Source: an uncultured Candidatus Saccharibacteria bacterium (lineage in GTDB: Bacteria > Patescibacteriota > Doudnabacteria > UBA920). From it: a stretch of 64,000 bases of DNA. The DNA is taken from contig CAYYWQ010000001.1 of the NCBI GenBank assembly GCA_964474825.1, positions 549,609-613,608 of the forward strand, given 5' to 3'. A program made the translations under genes and the position numbers. A model generated the notes under the pieces. It did not search any database and was not told the DNA's origin. It was given only the letters and a program-made list of their open reading frames with translations. Below are positions 46,098-56,136 of the stretch, piece by piece (position 1 is the first letter of the stretch; the number at the start of each line of letters is the position of its first letter).

Positions 46098-47075
46098 TTA
46101 TTTTTTTCTAGCTAAAACTTTTTTTACTGCGTCTATAACCGCTTGCTTGCCCATTCCATATTTTTCAATTAATTCTTCGGGTTTACCGCTTTCGCCAAAG
46201 GTGTTTTGCATTCCAACCATTTCAACCGGCACAGGACAGTGCTGGGCTAACACCTCACAAACTGCCGAGCCGCAGCCGCCCATAACTTGGTGTTCTTCTA
46301 CGGTTACTACAGCGCCGCAAATTTTAGCCGCTTCTGTAATACCTTCTACATCTATTGGTTTGATTGTGTGGTTGTTTACAACCATTACGCTTATACCTTC
46401 TTTTTCTAAATCCATTGCCGCAAGCAGCGCGTTATACAGCACAGGACCGCTGCCAATTACAGCAACATCTTTCCCCTCACGGAAAACAATGGCTTTGCCA
46501 ATTTTAAACTGTGTTACCCCTGTTGTCATTACCGGAGTTTTTTCTCGGCCAAACCTAAAGTATGCCGGGCCTTTCATTTCTCCGAGGGCAATAGTGGCTT
46601 TTTTGGTTTCGATTGAATCGCAGGGAACCACAACTGTTAAATTCGGCAAAACGCGGGTAATGGCAATGTCTTCCAAAGCCTGGTGCGTGGCGCCGTCCGG
46701 CCCGACTGAGATTCCCGTGTGGGCTCCCGCGACTTTAACATTTGCCTGGGAATAACAAACAGAAACCCGCAACTGGTCCCAGTTCCGTCCAGGAGAAAAA
46801 ACCGCGTAAGACGAAACAAAAGGGATTTTGCCATAAAGCGCGAGACCGGCCGCAACGCCCATCATATTTTGTTCCGCCACCCCGCATTCAATAAATCTTT
46901 CCGGATACTTTTTACCAAACGCTTCGACTCTTGTGCTTTCCGCCAAGTCCGCAGTTAGCACCACAACTTTTTCGTCTGCGGCACCCAACTCCAAAAGACC
47001 TTCACCATAGCCATTACGGGTTGGGATTTGCTCAATGTCAGGCTGGCCAATTTTCGGGTTTAAATTATAGTCCAT
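46098..47075 (-). CDS. Transketolase, C-terminal subunit
   Basis: GVAEQNM, GPDGATHQ, TVEEH. Confidence 0.93.
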   Translation of the reverse strand: MDYNLNPKIGQPDIEQIPTRNGYGEGLLELGAADEKVVVLTADLAESTRVEAFGKKYPERFIECGVAEQNMMGVAAGLALYGKIPFVSSYAVFSPGRNWDQLRVSVCYSQANVKVAGAHTGISVGPDGATHQALEDIAITRVLPNLTVVVPCDSIETKKATIALGEMKGPAYFRFGREKTPVMTTGVTQFKIGKAIVFREGKDVAVIGSGPVLYNALLAAMDLEKEGISVMVVNNHTIKPIDVEGITEAAKICGAVVTVEEHQVMGGCGSAVCEVLAQHCPVPVEMVGMQNTFGESGKPEELIEKYGMGKQAVIDAVKKVLARKK

Positions 47076-49233
47076 TTATGTTGTTATGTTTTTGTCCTTC
47101 TAAAAATTCCGTAATTTTTTCTTTATGTTTTTGGTAAATAAAGGAAATGGAAAGCAATATTACGCCAAGAACAATAAACGAAACAATGCGATAGCCGGTG
47201 TCTAAAGTCCCCACGTCATACAAAAAGACTTTGGCAATGGCTAGGCCAAAAAAGACGACCGCGACTTTTCGCAAAACAGCAAACCCTCTAATTGCGGAAA
47301 GCGGCATAAGCACCGCAGCATATATCATCCACCACAAGCTCAACACTAAATTGCGTGCGTTTTCAGAACCATTACCTCTGTAGTACTGAGTAATTTCCCA
47401 GGACACCGCAAACCATAAATACAAGCTGGCGCAGACTTTAAGAAAATCTCCGCTGCTGACATTTTTTCCGTCAGGTGAGGTTTGTTCCTGCAGGGCCGCA
47501 ATGGCCAAAAAGGCCACTGTCTGCAAAAACATAAGCCCAAATTTAACATTAACCAAAAAAATGTAATTGGAAGAATCGTAGGGCAAAAACAAAACACGGA
47601 ACGCACCTATGACCAACAATCCCAATGCCACGGCTGCTAAAATTTTGCGCTTCCCTACATAAGCCATAAAGGCCAGAATTGGAGGCAGTATTACCCACCA
47701 CAGACTCATACCCTGGGCCGCGCCTAAGCCTTTATAACTATGGCTAATTTCAAACGAAACCGCAATCCACAAAAGTATAGCAGCCGCAACCTCAGACAAA
47801 GTTTGGACATTCTTTTCTCCGTCGGAAACTTGAACTTTGGAAGACAGCCAGCCGGCAAAAATTAAACCCGCGCTTTCCAAAAGCATTAGAGCAAATTTTC
47901 CATTCAGCAAAAATTGTGTGTCGGTTGCCTTATAAGGCTCAAACGACACTACTATTAAAGAATAGTACAAGGCAAGCAAACCCCAAGTGTTAAACTCCGC
48001 CCGCTTAACCACGTAGCCAATAATAACAGAAGTTAAGGCAATGGCAATAAGCACCGCGTCAAAAGCCCGGCCGCTAAATTGCCAATAGGCCGCCAGAATA
48101 ATTAAAACCGTGCCTACCAAAGACAGGCAATAGTTAGTCATTTTAAAATTCAAACGGTCAACCAGCAAATAGGCCACCCACCAAATAACAGCACCCAGCA
48201 CCATTAACAGCGGCAAAAAATCATGGAAATTTTTATGGAGCAGGGAATAAATACTTATAAAGTAAAACAGCCCGGCAAATACAGACAGAATAGAAAAATT
48301 CTTGTCCGCGTGTCCCGGTAAAGTTTGCGTGGTGGCATGATGGCGAAACAAAGCGGCAACAACCAAGACAAACAAAACAAGAGAAGCTATTATAAAACTT
48401 ACGCTTCCCCAAGTATTGGCTTGGGTAGAATAGTTGGATGCCCAAACTGAAAAATCGAAAATAGAAGCCACCAGTCCCAAGAACACCAGTTCCAGCCAAA
48501 ACTTGCGCCATAAAACTACTACTATAGCCAAACTTAACACCAACAAATACCCAAATAGCATCCCCTGCTGGTTTTGCCCGCTGGAAAGCAGTAAAGGCGC
48601 GCCGTAAGCACCCACAATTCCAAGTATTGCCAAAGTTAAAGACTTTCTCTTAATGGACAGCCAAACCGCTAACGCGGACACTAAGACCATTAACGCTAAG
48701 GCAATGGGCTGGGGCAGGAGGTGGTAAAAATTAAAAGCCGCGTAAATAGTAAAGTCTAAAATTAATACACCACCTCCCGACATTGCGTAGGAATACTTTT
48801 GGTATTTTTCTTTCCAAAGTTCCCCTAAAAATACAAACAGGCCGCCTACAATAAAGCCGCACAATACTCTCATCCATTCATTTATCCAGCCGCGGTCAAC
48901 CGCAAGCTTAAAGAAAAAAGCAATCCCAATGGCAATAGCCAGCATTCCAAATTTGGTAAGCCAGCTGTATGCGGATTGGGGCTCCTTGTGGTCTTCGGTT
49001 GTTAACAACTTCTCCTGGGATCTAGACTCAAAAGCGGAGACCGGAGCATGAGTGGCGGCGCTTGGGAAAGACGTTTCGGAAAAAACAGGCGTGGGGACAG
49101 GCATATCATGCAGTGGCTCCACAGAAACCTGGTTTTGGGAATGTGACTGCCTTTCTAATTTTGACAAGCGTCCGCTTATGTTCCCAATCCAAAACAATAA
49201 AATTACGACGGCAATGAATAAAATAATTTCCAT
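47065..49233 (-). CDS. DUF2339-like polytopic membrane protein
   Basis: Many TM helices; WL.KFG...GWINEWMR; KVFLYD...RIVSFIVLG C-terminus. Confidence 0.8.
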   Translation of the reverse strand: MEIILFIAVVILLFWIGNISGRLSKLERQSHSQNQVSVEPLHDMPVPTPVFSETSFPSAATHAPVSAFESRSQEKLLTTEDHKEPQSAYSWLTKFGMLAIAIGIAFFFKLAVDRGWINEWMRVLCGFIVGGLFVFLGELWKEKYQKYSYAMSGGGVLILDFTIYAAFNFYHLLPQPIALALMVLVSALAVWLSIKRKSLTLAILGIVGAYGAPLLLSSGQNQQGMLFGYLLVLSLAIVVVLWRKFWLELVFLGLVASIFDFSVWASNYSTQANTWGSVSFIIASLVLFVLVVAALFRHHATTQTLPGHADKNFSILSVFAGLFYFISIYSLLHKNFHDFLPLLMVLGAVIWWVAYLLVDRLNFKMTNYCLSLVGTVLIILAAYWQFSGRAFDAVLIAIALTSVIIGYVVKRAEFNTWGLLALYYSLIVVSFEPYKATDTQFLLNGKFALMLLESAGLIFAGWLSSKVQVSDGEKNVQTLSEVAAAILLWIAVSFEISHSYKGLGAAQGMSLWWVILPPILAFMAYVGKRKILAAVALGLLVIGAFRVLFLPYDSSNYIFLVNVKFGLMFLQTVAFLAIAALQEQTSPDGKNVSSGDFLKVCASLYLWFAVSWEITQYYRGNGSENARNLVLSLWWMIYAAVLMPLSAIRGFAVLRKVAVVFFGLAIAKVFLYDVGTLDTGYRIVSFIVLGVILLSISFIYQKHKEKITEFLEGQKHNNINGL

Positions 49234-49249
49234 ACAAATTTATTTTGCT

Positions 49250-50212
49250 TTAATTATTCAACTCCGCAGCGTCCGTAATTTTGCTGCCAGTTTTATAGGA
49301 ATTAAATTCCGTGCGGTTAACGTATATAATCTGCCCGGGGTCAACGCCGGCTTCTGACCAGGCCTGGGTAGAAATTAGTCTTTTTGTTGTTCCTTCAATT
49401 TTATATATGCCGCCTTTGCCGTTTAGCCAAATAAATTTGGCGTTCTGGTAATAATCGAATTCCGGCTGCTCAACAGTTACCACTTCACTGTCTTTGTTTT
49501 TATAAGACAAAAACACGGCGCGAGACATCATAGCAAGTTTTAGGTTGCTTTCCGAAACCCAATAAACCGTACCGGTGCCGTTTAATTTAATAAGCCGCGG
49601 TCCTGCCTGGTACAAACCAAAAGAAAGCGAGTCGGTGCCTGTCCCAGGGTCCTGGTATCCCAAACCACTGGGCATTTGAAGTCCCGAACCGTCCATGGAG
49701 GTAGGAGTTGGTGTAGGAATTGGAGTTGGTGTGGGTAAAGTGCTGCTTGCTAAAGGAGCATTTGGCGGAATGGCAACACTAAAATTGTAATTTTGAGTCG
49801 CCAAAGTTGACGTACTGTCGGTACCCAATCCTCCAAGAATTGAATAAGAACCCCAATACCCTGCCAGGGTTGTTGAAGCAAGAGTGTCAATTTGGATCAG
49901 CGACCCCTGATAGGTCTCGCCGGGATTCAAGGCGGAAGGCAAAAAACCATTTGTTGCCGGTTGGTTTATGGAAAGCCCTAATTGGCTGGCGGGGGCCACC
50001 TGCCCAACTATTGCCAAAGAATCACTGCTCGTAGAAGCCTTTATGAATTGCTTATAACTGCCATTATTAGTTACTGTGCCGCTAATAATAATCGCGTTTC
50101 CCGCTGGGGCGGCAGCGCCGCTGTTAAAATTGACCACAATATCAGCCAAGGTTACTAAAGGCAAGAGAAGCCCTGCCGCCACCGCCAATACTATTTGAAT
50201 TTTTTTTGTCAT
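49250..50212 (-). CDS. Secreted surface protein with PT linker and repeated C-terminal module
   Basis: Signal peptide; PTPT linker; LIKLNGTGTVY / FIWLNGKGGIY repeat. Confidence 0.7.
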   Translation of the reverse strand: MTKKIQIVLAVAAGLLLPLVTLADIVVNFNSGAAAPAGNAIIISGTVTNNGSYKQFIKASTSSDSLAIVGQVAPASQLGLSINQPATNGFLPSALNPGETYQGSLIQIDTLASTTLAGYWGSYSILGGLGTDSTSTLATQNYNFSVAIPPNAPLASSTLPTPTPIPTPTPTSMDGSGLQMPSGLGYQDPGTGTDSLSFGLYQAGPRLIKLNGTGTVYWVSESNLKLAMMSRAVFLSYKNKDSEVVTVEQPEFDYYQNAKFIWLNGKGGIYKIEGTTKRLISTQAWSEAGVDPGQIIYVNRTEFNSYKTGSKITDAAELNN

Positions 50213-50226
50213 ATGTTTTTTAATGT

Positions 50227-51081
50227 TTATTGATGTTCGCTTTTAATTCTTCCTCTAAGTGTCCTAAGCTCGCTAAGCGCCAGCTTTGCCTGGTCCTTGT
50301 TAGGAGGCATTCCATGCCACTTGTAATCCCCTTCCATAAAATCCACTCCTTTGCCCGCTATGGTGTGGGCAATAATAATGGTTGGTTTTTCATAAATTGC
50401 TTTTGCTTCCTGGCAAGCATTTACAATTTCCTGGACATTATGCCCATCCACTTCTAAAACATGCCAGCCAAAAGCTTCATATTTTGCTTTTAAATTCCCC
50501 AAAGGCATTATGTCCTCGGTGTAACCGTCTATTTGAATATTATTTCGGTCCATAATTGCCGTAATGTTATGGAGCTTGTATTTCCCTGCAAACATAACCG
50601 CCTCCCATGTCTGGCCTTCGTCCTGCTCCCCGTCTGACATAATTAAATACACTCTCTGGGATTTTTTATGGTCCATTAAAAGCCCGTAAGCAATTCCCAC
50701 GGCCTGGGAAGAACCCTGTGCCAACGGACCGGAGGATGTTTCAATTCCGGGAAGCGACAAATTATGCGGGTGTCCTTGAAGCCTTGAGTCTAGTTTTCGT
50801 AAAGTCTTTAATTCTTTTTTTGGAAAATATTCCGCCTCAGCCAAAGCGGCATACAATACTGGGTTAATGTGCCCGCAAGACAAAACTAAATAATCCCTCT
50901 CGTCCCACTTAGGATTTTTGGGGTCGTGATTCATTACATTAAAATATAAAGCGCTAAATACATCCGCCATATCTAAAGGCCCGGCGCTATGCCCGCTTCC
51001 TGCCTCTACCAACATTTCTATAATATCTTCCCGTATGTCGTTGGCTTTGTATTTTAGTTCGTTAATTGATAACTTTTTCAT
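50227..51081 (-). CDS. Transketolase, N-terminal subunit
   Basis: SGHSAG, RDYLVLSCGH, LQGHP, SDGEQDEG TPP motif. Confidence 0.93.
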   Translation of the reverse strand: MKKLSINELKYKANDIREDIIEMLVEAGSGHSAGPLDMADVFSALYFNVMNHDPKNPKWDERDYLVLSCGHINPVLYAALAEAEYFPKKELKTLRKLDSRLQGHPHNLSLPGIETSSGPLAQGSSQAVGIAYGLLMDHKKSQRVYLIMSDGEQDEGQTWEAVMFAGKYKLHNITAIMDRNNIQIDGYTEDIMPLGNLKAKYEAFGWHVLEVDGHNVQEIVNACQEAKAIYEKPTIIIAHTIAGKGVDFMEGDYKWHGMPPNKDQAKLALSELRTLRGRIKSEHQ

Positions 51082-51106
51082 TTTTATATTTGTGGCGCTA
51101 AAAAAC

Positions 51107-51415
51107 TCAAATTGCGGGATTATTTTTATTCCTAAAATATCTAATTAAACTTAAAATTATCAATACTGAAAAAAACCAAAAAAATAAATTTAATAAATAA
51201 ATTGGCTTTACATCAATTGCAGGCCCTAGGTCTCCGGTATCCGCTACAATTGGCCATCCATAACGATATGCTTCAAATGATCTCTGGCAGGGCCAAAAAG
51301 TGCATGCTATGTAAACTCTTTTGGTAAATTCAAAAATTGCAGTATTTACAACAAACCCAAGCACAATACTCCACCCCAGCAAGCTGCCTTTGGATTCTAA
51401 ACTAAAAATCTTCAT
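51107..51415 (-). CDS. Small 2-TM protein, paralogue of 45818-46096
   Basis: Start MKIFSL overlaps the rpe stop (ATGA). Confidence 0.7.
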   Translation of the reverse strand: MKIFSLESKGSLLGWSIVLGFVVNTAIFEFTKRVYIACTFWPCQRSFEAYRYGWPIVADTGDLGPAIDVKPIYLLNLFFWFFSVLIILSLIRYFRNKNNPAI

Positions 51416-52050
51416 TGTATTTCTCTTTGCAGTTTTTCCCACGCGGCCGGAACATCGGCAGCTTTAACTAGGGCACTACCCACGCATATTAAATCCGCGC
51501 CGGCTTGTTTTAGGCTTTTTGTATTAGTTTCATTAACGCCGCCATCTACCTCTATTATAGCATGGGGAAACAGTTGGCGCAGTTCTTTAATGCGATCTAT
51601 AGTGGATGGAATAAAAGCCTGTCCTTGCTTGCCGGGTATTACGCTCATAATTAAATATTCATCCGCGGCTATGTCTTTCAAAGCATTTACCGACGTACCT
51701 GGTGAAATTGCCACACCAGTTTTAAAACCCATAGCTTTCATTTCAGCTAACGTTTGTTTTAAATTTTCTGATGAGGAAAAAGCTTCGAAATGCACAATTA
51801 AAGTTTTAAATCCACAAATTTGATAGTCTAAAAAGTCCTTAGGTTCCTTAACCATTAAATGCGCTTCCCAATGGAAAGCCGGATTTAAAGTATCCATTTC
51901 ATCTGCATTTAAAAGTTTGTTTTCAATAAAAACCCCGTCGCCAAAATCCACTTGGATCCGCTCCAAGCCCGGCAGTTTGCTAACAGCGGAAACCCGCGCC
52001 AAAAAACCTTCCTTGTTAAATTCTAAAATTGCGGGGACAATTTGTGGCAT
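51412..52050 (-). CDS. rpe: Ribulose-phosphate 3-epimerase
   Basis: DFGDGVF, EAHLMV, MSVIPGKQGQ, EVDGG, VGSA. Confidence 0.9.
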   Translation of the reverse strand: MPQIVPAILEFNKEGFLARVSAVSKLPGLERIQVDFGDGVFIENKLLNADEMDTLNPAFHWEAHLMVKEPKDFLDYQICGFKTLIVHFEAFSSSENLKQTLAEMKAMGFKTGVAISPGTSVNALKDIAADEYLIMSVIPGKQGQAFIPSTIDRIKELRQLFPHAIIEVDGGVNETNTKSLKQAGADLICVGSALVKAADVPAAWEKLQREIQ

Positions 52051-52497
52051 TTATTTTTCTAAATTTTTAATTTTTTCAATTCTTCTTTGATGCCTGCCGC
52101 CGCCGAACGCGGTTTTAAGCCAAACGTCTATTGATTGTTTAATTTCGTCAACCGATATAAAGCCGGCACCGAGTGATAATACATTAGCATTGTTATGGTC
52201 GCGCGAAAGGCGAACAATTTCGGGATTTCCGCCGTAATAAACCGCGGCACGAATTCCTTTAACTTTATTTGCCACAATAGCTTCGCCATTTCCGCTCCAG
52301 CCAATAATAATCCCGCGGTTATTGTCTACGTCTTCCGCGACTTTTTGCGCGCAAGGATAAATAAAATCCGGATAATCGTCGTCTTTGTCATATTTAAAAG
52401 GCCCACAATCCTCAATTTCCCTGCCGCTTTCGCGGAGGTAATTAAAAATTGTGTTCTTTAGCTCAAATCCTGCGTGGTCACTGGCAATGTATATCAT
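52051..52497 (-). CDS. rpiB: Ribose-5-phosphate isomerase B family
   Basis: ASDHAG, DYPD, SGNG, ANKVKGIRA, HNNAN, RHQRR. Confidence 0.92.
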   Translation of the reverse strand: MIYIASDHAGFELKNTIFNYLRESGREIEDCGPFKYDKDDDYPDFIYPCAQKVAEDVDNNRGIIIGWSGNGEAIVANKVKGIRAAVYYGGNPEIVRLSRDHNNANVLSLGAGFISVDEIKQSIDVWLKTAFGGGRHQRRIEKIKNLEK

Positions 52498-52506
52498 AGT
52501 ATTATT

Positions 52507-52567
52507 TGTCATTCCGAGTGCATCCGAGGAATCCCTTAAGAGATCCTTCGCAACGCTCAGGACGACA
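52507..52567. repeat. Short intergenic copy of the TGTCA-ended palindrome
   Basis: TGTCATTCCGAGTGCATCCGAGGAATCCCTTAAGAGATCCTTCGCAACGCTCAGGACGACA. Confidence 0.8.
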
Positions 52568-52572
52568 TGTTA

Positions 52573-53256
52573 TCACATGTCGATTATTTGATTAAAATAA
52601 CTTGGTACTAAACTTGCTCCACCCACCAGTAAACCGTCTACATTTCGCTGCTGTAAAAACCCTTGAGCGTTTAGGTTGTTTACACTGCCGCCATATAAAA
52701 CTTTTGCGACCCCATATTTATTTTTTATAAAAATTCCAATTTTCTCCGCGTGTTCGGGAGATGCAGTTTTACCTGTACCAATTGCCCATACCGGTTCATA
52801 AGCTACTATGACCGACGAAGCATCCAAACCTGCTAAATCAATGTCTAACTGTTGTTTTAGAACATCTGTAACTTCTAAATCGTCTTGCTCTACAGTTGTT
52901 CCGTAACCTACACACAATACAGGAATAATCTTATGTGACAAAGCGGCTTTAACTTTTGCATTAATCATTTCATCACTTTCCCCAACTCCCCGCTTTTCAC
53001 TGTGGCCAATTATGCAATATTTTATTTTTAAATCTTTTAATTGTAATAAAGATACCTGCCCGGTATAAGCCCCCTTTTCCTCCCAAAAACAATCCTGCGC
53101 CCCAAGCCTCGGGTAAGAGACGGATGGCAAATAAATAGTCGGGGGGCAAAGCACCACAGTATTTTTGGCTTTTACAGATATAGACACCGAAAGTTTCTGG
53201 GCATCTTTTAAAGTGGTTGGATTAAGTTTCCAATTTGCGATAATGAGTTTTTTCAT
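52573..53256 (-). CDS. tpiA: Triosephosphate isomerase
   Basis: ANWK, GHSEKR, AYEPVWAIGTG, YGGSV, LVGGAS. Confidence 0.96.
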   Translation of the reverse strand: MKKLIIANWKLNPTTLKDAQKLSVSISVKAKNTVVLCPPTIYLPSVSYPRLGAQDCFWEEKGAYTGQVSLLQLKDLKIKYCIIGHSEKRGVGESDEMINAKVKAALSHKIIPVLCVGYGTTVEQDDLEVTDVLKQQLDIDLAGLDASSVIVAYEPVWAIGTGKTASPEHAEKIGIFIKNKYGVAKVLYGGSVNNLNAQGFLQQRNVDGLLVGGASLVPSYFNQIIDM

Positions 53257-53270
53257 ATTCCAAATTATTT

Positions 53271-54461
53271 TTATAAACCGCTTCGGTTATCTACCGTTTG
53301 AGAAATAATACTGTTTAAAGTTTCAGTAATCATTCTCCCTTTGTCCAAGTTTTGGCCAGGAATTTGTATGCCGTTATTGGCTAAAATATTCCCGCCCTGG
53401 CCTAAAACAAAACTCCGGGGAGCGACCATCCCCGAAACGGCAGCGTTCTGGATCATAACAGTGCACATACCAAAAATTTTCTCCATAAAACTCTGGGATA
53501 CGGTTACATTCTGAATGGTGTGATAAGGCAAGTGCCTCTCTTCCCGGCTAATCACTCCATTTCTCAATAAAATATACTCGGGTAAAAATTCAAAACGATA
53601 ACTCTTTCTCCACAACACTAACCAAATTATGCGAAAAGAATAAAAAATAAAAAATGTGGCCAACCAAAACAAAAAAATATCAAAACTTGTTGGATTAAAG
53701 CCCATTATTTCCGCTAAACTTTGGCCGCTATTTTTTCCCGAAGCAAAAAACCAGCTATTAATTATCCATGAAATAAAAGCGGCGTAAAACAAATAAGTAA
53801 AGGTCCGTAAAAAAAGCCATTTGCCACTAATTGGAAACTGGTCGCTGGAAATCTGTTGGGTTGGACTAACAGCCTTTAGTTGAGCCTGAGGGCGGGGCGG
53901 CATTGGGACACCGGAAACCTGGTCGGCTGCTGGATTCCCGCCGCCTTTAATTTTGTTAAGCAAAAAATTCTTCAGGCCTTCGGCAATTTGCGGATCCACA
54001 CCGTCAATGTGCGCGGCAATACCAGAGGAATAAGTGGCACTGGCAATATGGACATCGTAAATTCCTATAAGCCTGTCTAGAAAATCTTGATCAACATAAA
54101 CGTCCTGGATTTTGCCATATTGGACGTGGATTTCCGTTGGCATAAACACGCCTTTTTGAATGGTTACAAAGTTCTCGTCACAGTCATAATAGTAACGCTT
54201 AATATATAACTTAACGTACCAGCCATAAATTAAATACAATAACAATAAGACTGAGGCAACCCCAAAGAAGGCCCATTTTATAAAACTTCCAGCACCGCCG
54301 GGAGCGCCCACCGGACTGCTGGCAAAAAATCCTATTGCGCCCACACCCAAACCTAAAAGTAAGGAAAGAACAAAAAATCCAAAGATCTTTTCAATCATTT
54401 TTTTCCTGAATTTTTTCTTACTTAATGGATACTGCTGCTGGAAACCCGATGGTGCGTTCAT
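53271..54461 (-). CDS. Membrane protein with two bacterial PH (bPH_2) domains
   Basis: Repeat of 2 TM + (KG/NG)V...IQ(D/N)V.V.Q.F...G. Confidence 0.75.
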   Translation of the reverse strand: MNAPSGFQQQYPLSKKKFRKKMIEKIFGFFVLSLLLGLGVGAIGFFASSPVGAPGGAGSFIKWAFFGVASVLLLLYLIYGWYVKLYIKRYYYDCDENFVTIQKGVFMPTEIHVQYGKIQDVYVDQDFLDRLIGIYDVHIASATYSSGIAAHIDGVDPQIAEGLKNFLLNKIKGGGNPAADQVSGVPMPPRPQAQLKAVSPTQQISSDQFPISGKWLFLRTFTYLFYAAFISWIINSWFFASGKNSGQSLAEIMGFNPTSFDIFLFWLATFFIFYSFRIIWLVLWRKSYRFEFLPEYILLRNGVISREERHLPYHTIQNVTVSQSFMEKIFGMCTVMIQNAAVSGMVAPRSFVLGQGGNILANNGIQIPGQNLDKGRMITETLNSIISQTVDNRSGL

Positions 54462-54470
54462 ATTTTTTGT

Positions 54471-55136
54471 TTAATTGTTTTGGGCACGTGTTAAATTTAA
54501 TTTAAATACGTAATTATTCGGGTCAAGCTGGTTTGCTTTTTTTAAGGCCGTAATACCCTCCTCTTTTCTGCCGTTTAAAATCAAACTCATGCCATAAACA
54601 TTTTGGGCCCATCCATATTCCGGATCTATGGAAACAGCCATTTGTGCGTACTCAAGGGCTTTGGACGGATTATTAGAATCCAGCTCAATTGCCGCGAGGG
54701 TTACATAAGGTGCAGAATTTTGGGGCAAAAGCTGTAACGAAGTCTTTTCTTCTGTTTGGGCATCAGCCGGATTATTTAGCTTATAATATGCCACACCCAT
54801 CCAGTAATGGGAGTATGCCTTTTCTTCATTGCTATTTGCGAGTGCTAAAGCAGCTTTTGCGTCAGTTAAAGTAGCTTCATAATTTCCTTCTGCCCAACTT
54901 GTCTTGGCATCCAAAATTTTTTTATAAACAGGTGGCGTAGTTTCTCTGGTTGAGCTAGCAACATTGGAGGGGTTTATTACGTTTTGGACCATTTGCCGAC
55001 GATTGTTTTTAATTCTTGGAATTAAAACAAAAAATATTCCCGCAAGAATTAATAAAATTACCGCCACGACGTACAAAGAAAGGTAAAGGAGCGCGTGGTC
55101 TTTTTGCTTTGGCCCATTGGAAAGAAAATTATCCAT
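54471..55136 (-). CDS. Membrane-anchored TPR protein
   Basis: TM helix followed by TPR repeats ending DP/LP. Confidence 0.8.
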   Translation of the reverse strand: MDNFLSNGPKQKDHALLYLSLYVVAVILLILAGIFFVLIPRIKNNRRQMVQNVINPSNVASSTRETTPPVYKKILDAKTSWAEGNYEATLTDAKAALALANSNEEKAYSHYWMGVAYYKLNNPADAQTEEKTSLQLLPQNSAPYVTLAAIELDSNNPSKALEYAQMAVSIDPEYGWAQNVYGMSLILNGRKEEGITALKKANQLDPNNYVFKLNLTRAQNN

Positions 55137-55140
55137 AACC

Positions 55141-56136
55141 TTACTCCTCTCCTTTTAAAAACTTAGTACTGACTTCCGGAGCAATAGGGTTTACCGGAAT
55201 TCCGGTGGCGTATTCAAAACCTGCCCAAATGGTAATGCGGGGGAAGATTGTCAGGTGCCAGTGGAAAGCCTTTTCCTCGTGCGCGCTATGAATACTGGTT
55301 GAGCGCAGCGGCATGTTGTGAATATAAAAATTCAGAGGAGGGTCACTTAGCTTGGTATACAACTGTCCCAGTGTAACTTTTAAAACGAAGGACAAATGTT
55401 TTATTTCATCTTCACTCATATCCTCAAACCGCGCCCCGTGTCTTTTGGGCAAAATCCAGGTTTCAAACGGCGAACGCGAAGCATAAGCAGAAATTACCAC
55501 AAAATGTTCGCTTTCATAAACCAAGCGATGCTTAACAGAAATTTCCTCTTTAATAATATCACAATAAATACAGGAGTTGTGATTTTGAAAATAATGGTAG
55601 CAGCCTAAAATTTCACTATGAATATGAGGCGGCACAATTGGCGTAGCCATAAGCTGGTAGTGCGGATGTATAATGGAAGCCCCGGCATCGCGCCCATGGT
55701 TATGAAAAATTTGCACGTAAGCCAGAGAAGGATTTCTTCCCAAACTCTGAATGCGCTCTATAAAAGTGCGGATAGTTAGCTCAACTGTGGCAATAGACTG
55801 AAGCGCCACCGGTTCGTTGTGCTTACGCGTAATTATTACTTCGTGCTCACCGTCCCCACTATGGGAAACATAAAATTCTTTGTGGCGGTAAACAGTGGTG
55901 TGTTCTAAGGAAGCAAATTTATTTGGGATGATGCGGATTTCCCAATCCCCTTCTTTAGGAATTTTTAAAATCCCCGGATTCTTGTCTTCATTCCCAGGAC
56001 AAAAAACACAACCAGCGTCCACTTCCGGCACGCCATGCATAACACTGTAAGTCTTATACTGGTCCGGCCTCTTCCCTCTTGCCGGAGCAATAAGCACCCA
56101 GTTTTTTGTTATTGGATTTTGACGGAACTCAGACAT
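55141..56136 (-). CDS. galT: Galactose-1-phosphate uridylyltransferase family
   Basis: RGKRP, CVFCPGNE, PNKF, GASIIHPHYQ (HPH motif). Confidence 0.9.
   Translation of the reverse strand: MSEFRQNPITKNWVLIAPARGKRPDQYKTYSVMHGVPEVDAGCVFCPGNEDKNPGILKIPKEGDWEIRIIPNKFASLEHTTVYRHKEFYVSHSGDGEHEVIITRKHNEPVALQSIATVELTIRTFIERIQSLGRNPSLAYVQIFHNHGRDAGASIIHPHYQLMATPIVPPHIHSEILGCYHYFQNHNSCIYCDIIKEEISVKHRLVYESEHFVVISAYASRSPFETWILPKRHGARFEDMSEDEIKHLSFVLKVTLGQLYTKLSDPPLNFYIHNMPLRSTSIHSAHEEKAFHWHLTIFPRITIWAGFEYATGIPVNPIAPEVSTKFLKGEE

Noticed and set aside
46098-51081. Split transketolase as a pseudogene
   Set aside because: Two-subunit transketolases are common and both halves are intact
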